Shown in pieces: positions 60,550 through 64,000 of a stretch of 64,000 bases of DNA (position 1 is its first letter; the number at the start of each line of letters is the position of its first letter). The notes under the pieces are model-generated. The model saw nothing but the letters and a program-made list of their open reading frames with translations, was not told the DNA's origin and made no database searches. A program made the position numbers and the translations under genes. Location of the stretch: the NCBI GenBank assembly GCA_051941275.1, contig JAVEBF010000006.1, positions 1 through 64,000 on the forward strand, read 5' to 3'. The stretch comes from Dirinaria sp. TL-2023a. Lineage: Eukaryota.

Positions 60550-62579
60550 ATGGCGCCCGCCCGAAACCCAGCAGTCTCACACGTGGACCTGATCATCATT
60601 GGAGCTGGTCCCGCGGGTTTGATGGCTGCCGCTTGGGCCAGTTCCTATGGCATCTCGACCCGCATCCTTGACAAGAATGCCTCGAGGGTCAAGACTGGAC
60701 ATGCTGATGGCTTACAATCTCGGACACTGGAGATCTTTGATAGCTTCGGCTTCGCAGATCGCCCGCTGAAAGAAGGCTTCCACGTCCTAGAGATCTGCTC
60801 TTGGGTTAGGCGTCTGCATGCCTCCCAGTGACTGTTGAGTGGGACTAGCTGACCCACCTGTAGAACCCAGATAAGAATGGAAGGCTCCAGAGAACACAGC
60901 GAGCCGTGGCCCAACGACCAGGTGTGAGCAGGTTCCAGCAAGTCGCGTTCAACCAGGGCGGTATTGAAGAGATCATCACCGAATTCCTCGGACGCAACGG
61001 TGATCTTAAAGTTGAGAGGAATGTAGAACCCACTAGCTTACACTTGGACCGTGCTGTCATTGATAACCCAGACGCATGGCCTATTACTTTGACCATTCAT
61101 CATGGCATCCCCGATCAAGCCGGAGCAGTTTCTACGCATCGGCTCGTTGATGGCCGCCCTGCACAAAGACATCTCAAAACCCACAGTCAGACCTCACCAG
61201 GTCTTTCTCCTACAGAAGGTGAAAATGAAATCATCAAAGCAAAATATCTCATTGGCTGCGATGGTGCCCACAGCTGGACGCGGAATGAGATAGGGCTCTC
61301 ACTGGTCGGCGAATCCACAGACCAGGTATGGGGTGTCATAGACATCATCCCGCTTACAGACTTTCGTGGGTCTTGTACCGCTGCTGACTGGATCCAATGC
61401 TGACATCTGCCAGCGGATGTTCGACTGTCTTGTGCAATCCACTCTGCTTCATGCGGTACCATTATGACCGTGCCCCGTGAACGCCGACTAGTTCGTTTCT
61501 ACATCCAGCTCATGGAAGTCAGTGAAGGGCGCACGTTTGATCGTTCAAGTGTCAGCTTGAAATCGATATTCGAGACTGCTCAGAAAATCATAGCACCATA
61601 TAAGCTAGAGTACAGTTACTGCGACTGGTGGTCCATTTACCAGATTGGTCAACGCGTTGCTCCCAAGTTCGATGTTGGCCGCAGAATCTTTCTCGCCGGG
61701 GACGCTGTCCATAATCACTCTCCAAAAGCCGGTCAGGGCATGAATGTCTCGATGCAGGATACCTACAACCTCTGCTGGAAGGTTTCCTCCGTCCTCAAAG
61801 GCTATGCCAAAGCCGACATACTCGAAACGTATCACTCCGAGCGTCACCAAGTAGCGGAACAGCTGATCGAGATTGATCATGAAATATCTCGCTTTTACTC
61901 TGTGAATTCTGCCGGCCGAAGCGACTATCAGGCGTTTCGAAACAGATTTGCCAACTTCTTGAGCGGAGTCGCTGTAGCTTATGGAGAGAGCATACTCGTA
62001 AAACCATCAGATCACGAGGTAGTAGATACTAAGAGCTCATCTCCGGTAGCAGTCAAAGTTCAGCTTGGAGCCCGGCTGCCTTCCTACCAAGTGCTAAATC
62101 AGTCCAATGCGAAGCCGACGCAGATTGCGGATATGCTTCGTAGCGATGGTAGATGGCGCATCCTCGTTCTTGCAGGCGACTTGCACGACCAAGTGCACCG
62201 TTCTCGAGTCAACGAGCTGGGAGATGCCTTCCGTCAACTTTTGATACGCTATACCGGTCTTGAGACGCGAATAGACGCAGTCATTGAACTTTTGACCATT
62301 CACTCGGCTCCTCGAGTGGATGTCGAATTATTGGACTTGCACGAGATATATCATCCGTGGGACGAATCTGCAGGTTGGGACTACGAAAAGGTGTACACGG
62401 ATGATCTGTCTCACCATGAAGGGTTCGAGAACGCTTACGAGAAATATGGGATCCACCGGACACACGGCGGCGTAATCGTGTGCAGGCCCGATCAGCACGT
62501 CGGCTGCATAACCTGTTTGGATGAGGCTCCCGGGGTCCTGGAGGATTATTTTGATAGGATCTTGATAAAGCAGAGATAA
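60550..62579 (+). CDS. FAD-dependent monooxygenase, phenol 2-monooxygenase family, 3 exons
   Basis: IIGAGPAGL, GHADGLQSRTLE, GCDGAHSWTR, FLAGDAVHNHSPKAGQGMNVSMQD, C-terminal dimerisation domain with RPDQHVG. Confidence 0.94.
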
Positions 62580-63577
62580 AGCCCCTGGGACTTCGACCGA
62601 GGCGTGGATATCTGTTGCCCATTCGTCAGGCACACTGATTCGCCTTTTGCTTTCCATGCATGTGAGGCAGGGGCTTCCGCTGCGATAGGAAGCTTGACAC
62701 TGCTCCAGAGCGCGGGCCTTTGTGCATTGGATATGCAACTGTGCTTCTTCATCGCGCTAGCTCTATACTATATGTGACGTTTTGGCAAGAAGGCGCCAAT
62801 GATTTGCTCGAAGATTGAATTATCTCACAGACAAAATCTGGACTTTTGCAGGGTAACCTCTAGGCATGCAATTGCTTATACAACTGGTGCTTATGCGCGC
62901 TTGACAGCGCGAGCCGATGTCTGCAATTCCCGTCCAATTTCGCCTTTCTCACTTGCATACCTCACTATAACGAATACCAACAACACCGTTACATCAAGCC
63001 CACAGAGGAGCGCTCAAGCAGTTGCCCAGCCGGGAGTGCGGAGCAAGCTTTCTGACTGCGCCGTGGGCCGGCTGTTCATTGCTTATCTGTTTTAGCAAAC
63101 AGCCGACGCTTATGTTTCGGAGGTTATTGATAATGAGACGGTTATGATTCGCCAACGCTCTACATCCTCTAGGGCGGAAGAGGAAGGTACCCGAGCGGAG
63201 GGTGGTATTCCCAACTTTCCCCCTCCCCAGATCTTCACGAAAATGCACTATCGCCACAGGAGTGACAGGACCTGCTTCGAAGAGGGCATCCCTTGCATGC
63301 ACCATCAATTAGCAATGTCGCTCACCATGGTACTTTCACCTGATTTGCACAGACTTGGCGACTGCTCCGATTGCCGAGGCCAGCTTATTCGGCATGAAGC
63401 TCTGTTTGCACGCAAGCCACCGAAGGAGGGAACGGCAGCAGGTCCTCATGACCTTCATGATACAAATATCGAGCATGTCCTGCATTCACTAGTCCTTGTT
63501 CGACTGTACCTCGCCCTACTGGCAGAATTGCGTTCGGTGTACGAGTACTGCCCTCACAGACTGGACTTTTCCACATC

Positions 63578-64000
63578 ATGGCCAAGCCTGCCGTACTCGC
63601 CATCGGCGGAGGTGACCCTCGCTTGAGTGTCGACGAGGGCAAAAATGGCATCTCATCGATGGCCTACACATTACCACAAATGCGCAAGCTTCACGATGCG
63701 AGCGTGACGTTCGAGGAGTACAATTACTACGCCAGGAAGACGCGGGCAGAGGAAGACTCGGACGCTGCGGAGGAGAGATCAGCTGGTGGCACGACGGGCA
63801 TTCTCGGCGTCATCTTCCCGTCCAAGTCTGACAAGGGCGTCGAGCGTGTGGGCGAGAAGCGGGGCTCCGTGATTGCTGCAACGGTCAATCTGTCGAACCC
63901 CGACAAACGAGCCCAGATCAGCGACGAAGAATGGACCAACGCCAATAGGGCTCTGCGGACAGCGACTTGGGGCGCCATCTTCTATCTGATTACAACAGAC
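63578..64000 (+). CDS. Mtr-type neutral amino-acid permease (Aa_trans), 5' part only; runs off the window
   Basis: Open frame from ATG 63578 to the end: LHDASVTFEEYNYYARKTRAEE...ISDEEWTNANRALRTATWGAIFYLITTD. Absent from the ORF track because there is no stop in the window. Confidence 0.85.
   Translation, partial: MAKPAVLAIGGGDPRLSVDEGKNGISSMAYTLPQMRKLHDASVTFEEYNYYARKTRAEEDSDAAEERSAGGTTGILGVIFPSKSDKGVERVGEKRGSVIAATVNLSNPDKRAQISDEEWTNANRALRTATWGAIFYLITTD

Overview
Filamentous-ascomycete DNA with GT-AG introns and CTRAC branch points. It looks like a left chromosome end: the window opens with (TAACCC)3TA joined directly to the middle of a decayed ankyrin-repeat gene. The small secreted protein types hint at a lichen-forming fungus (inference only). 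From the end inward: (i) 2.2-17.8 kb, a diterpenoid gene cluster with a bifunctional CPS/KS-type class II/I diterpene synthase, three P450s, a DHA1 MFS exporter and a PTH11-like membrane protein, but no GGPP synthase or transcription factor; the synthase has an anomalous splice acceptor just before its DxDD motif. (ii) About 20 kb, a 174-bp TA-flanked MITE with telomere-like repeats in its arms. (iii) 20-52 kb, an accessory immunity/effector zone: NACHT-repeat-ANK-ZZ NLR with one premature stop, a HET protein, a HET-ANK gene head-to-head with a multi-TM gene, a HET remnant, small secreted proteins, a GH5 mannanase and a sugar porter. (iv) 56.8-64 kb, a four-gene group (monocarboxylate MFS, stand-alone EgtD/EasF-family N-methyltransferase, phenol-hydroxylase-type FAD monooxygenase, Mtr-type amino-acid permease) that is a candidate aromatic amino-acid betaine pathway. 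Exon boundaries were read by eye and no database searches were run.
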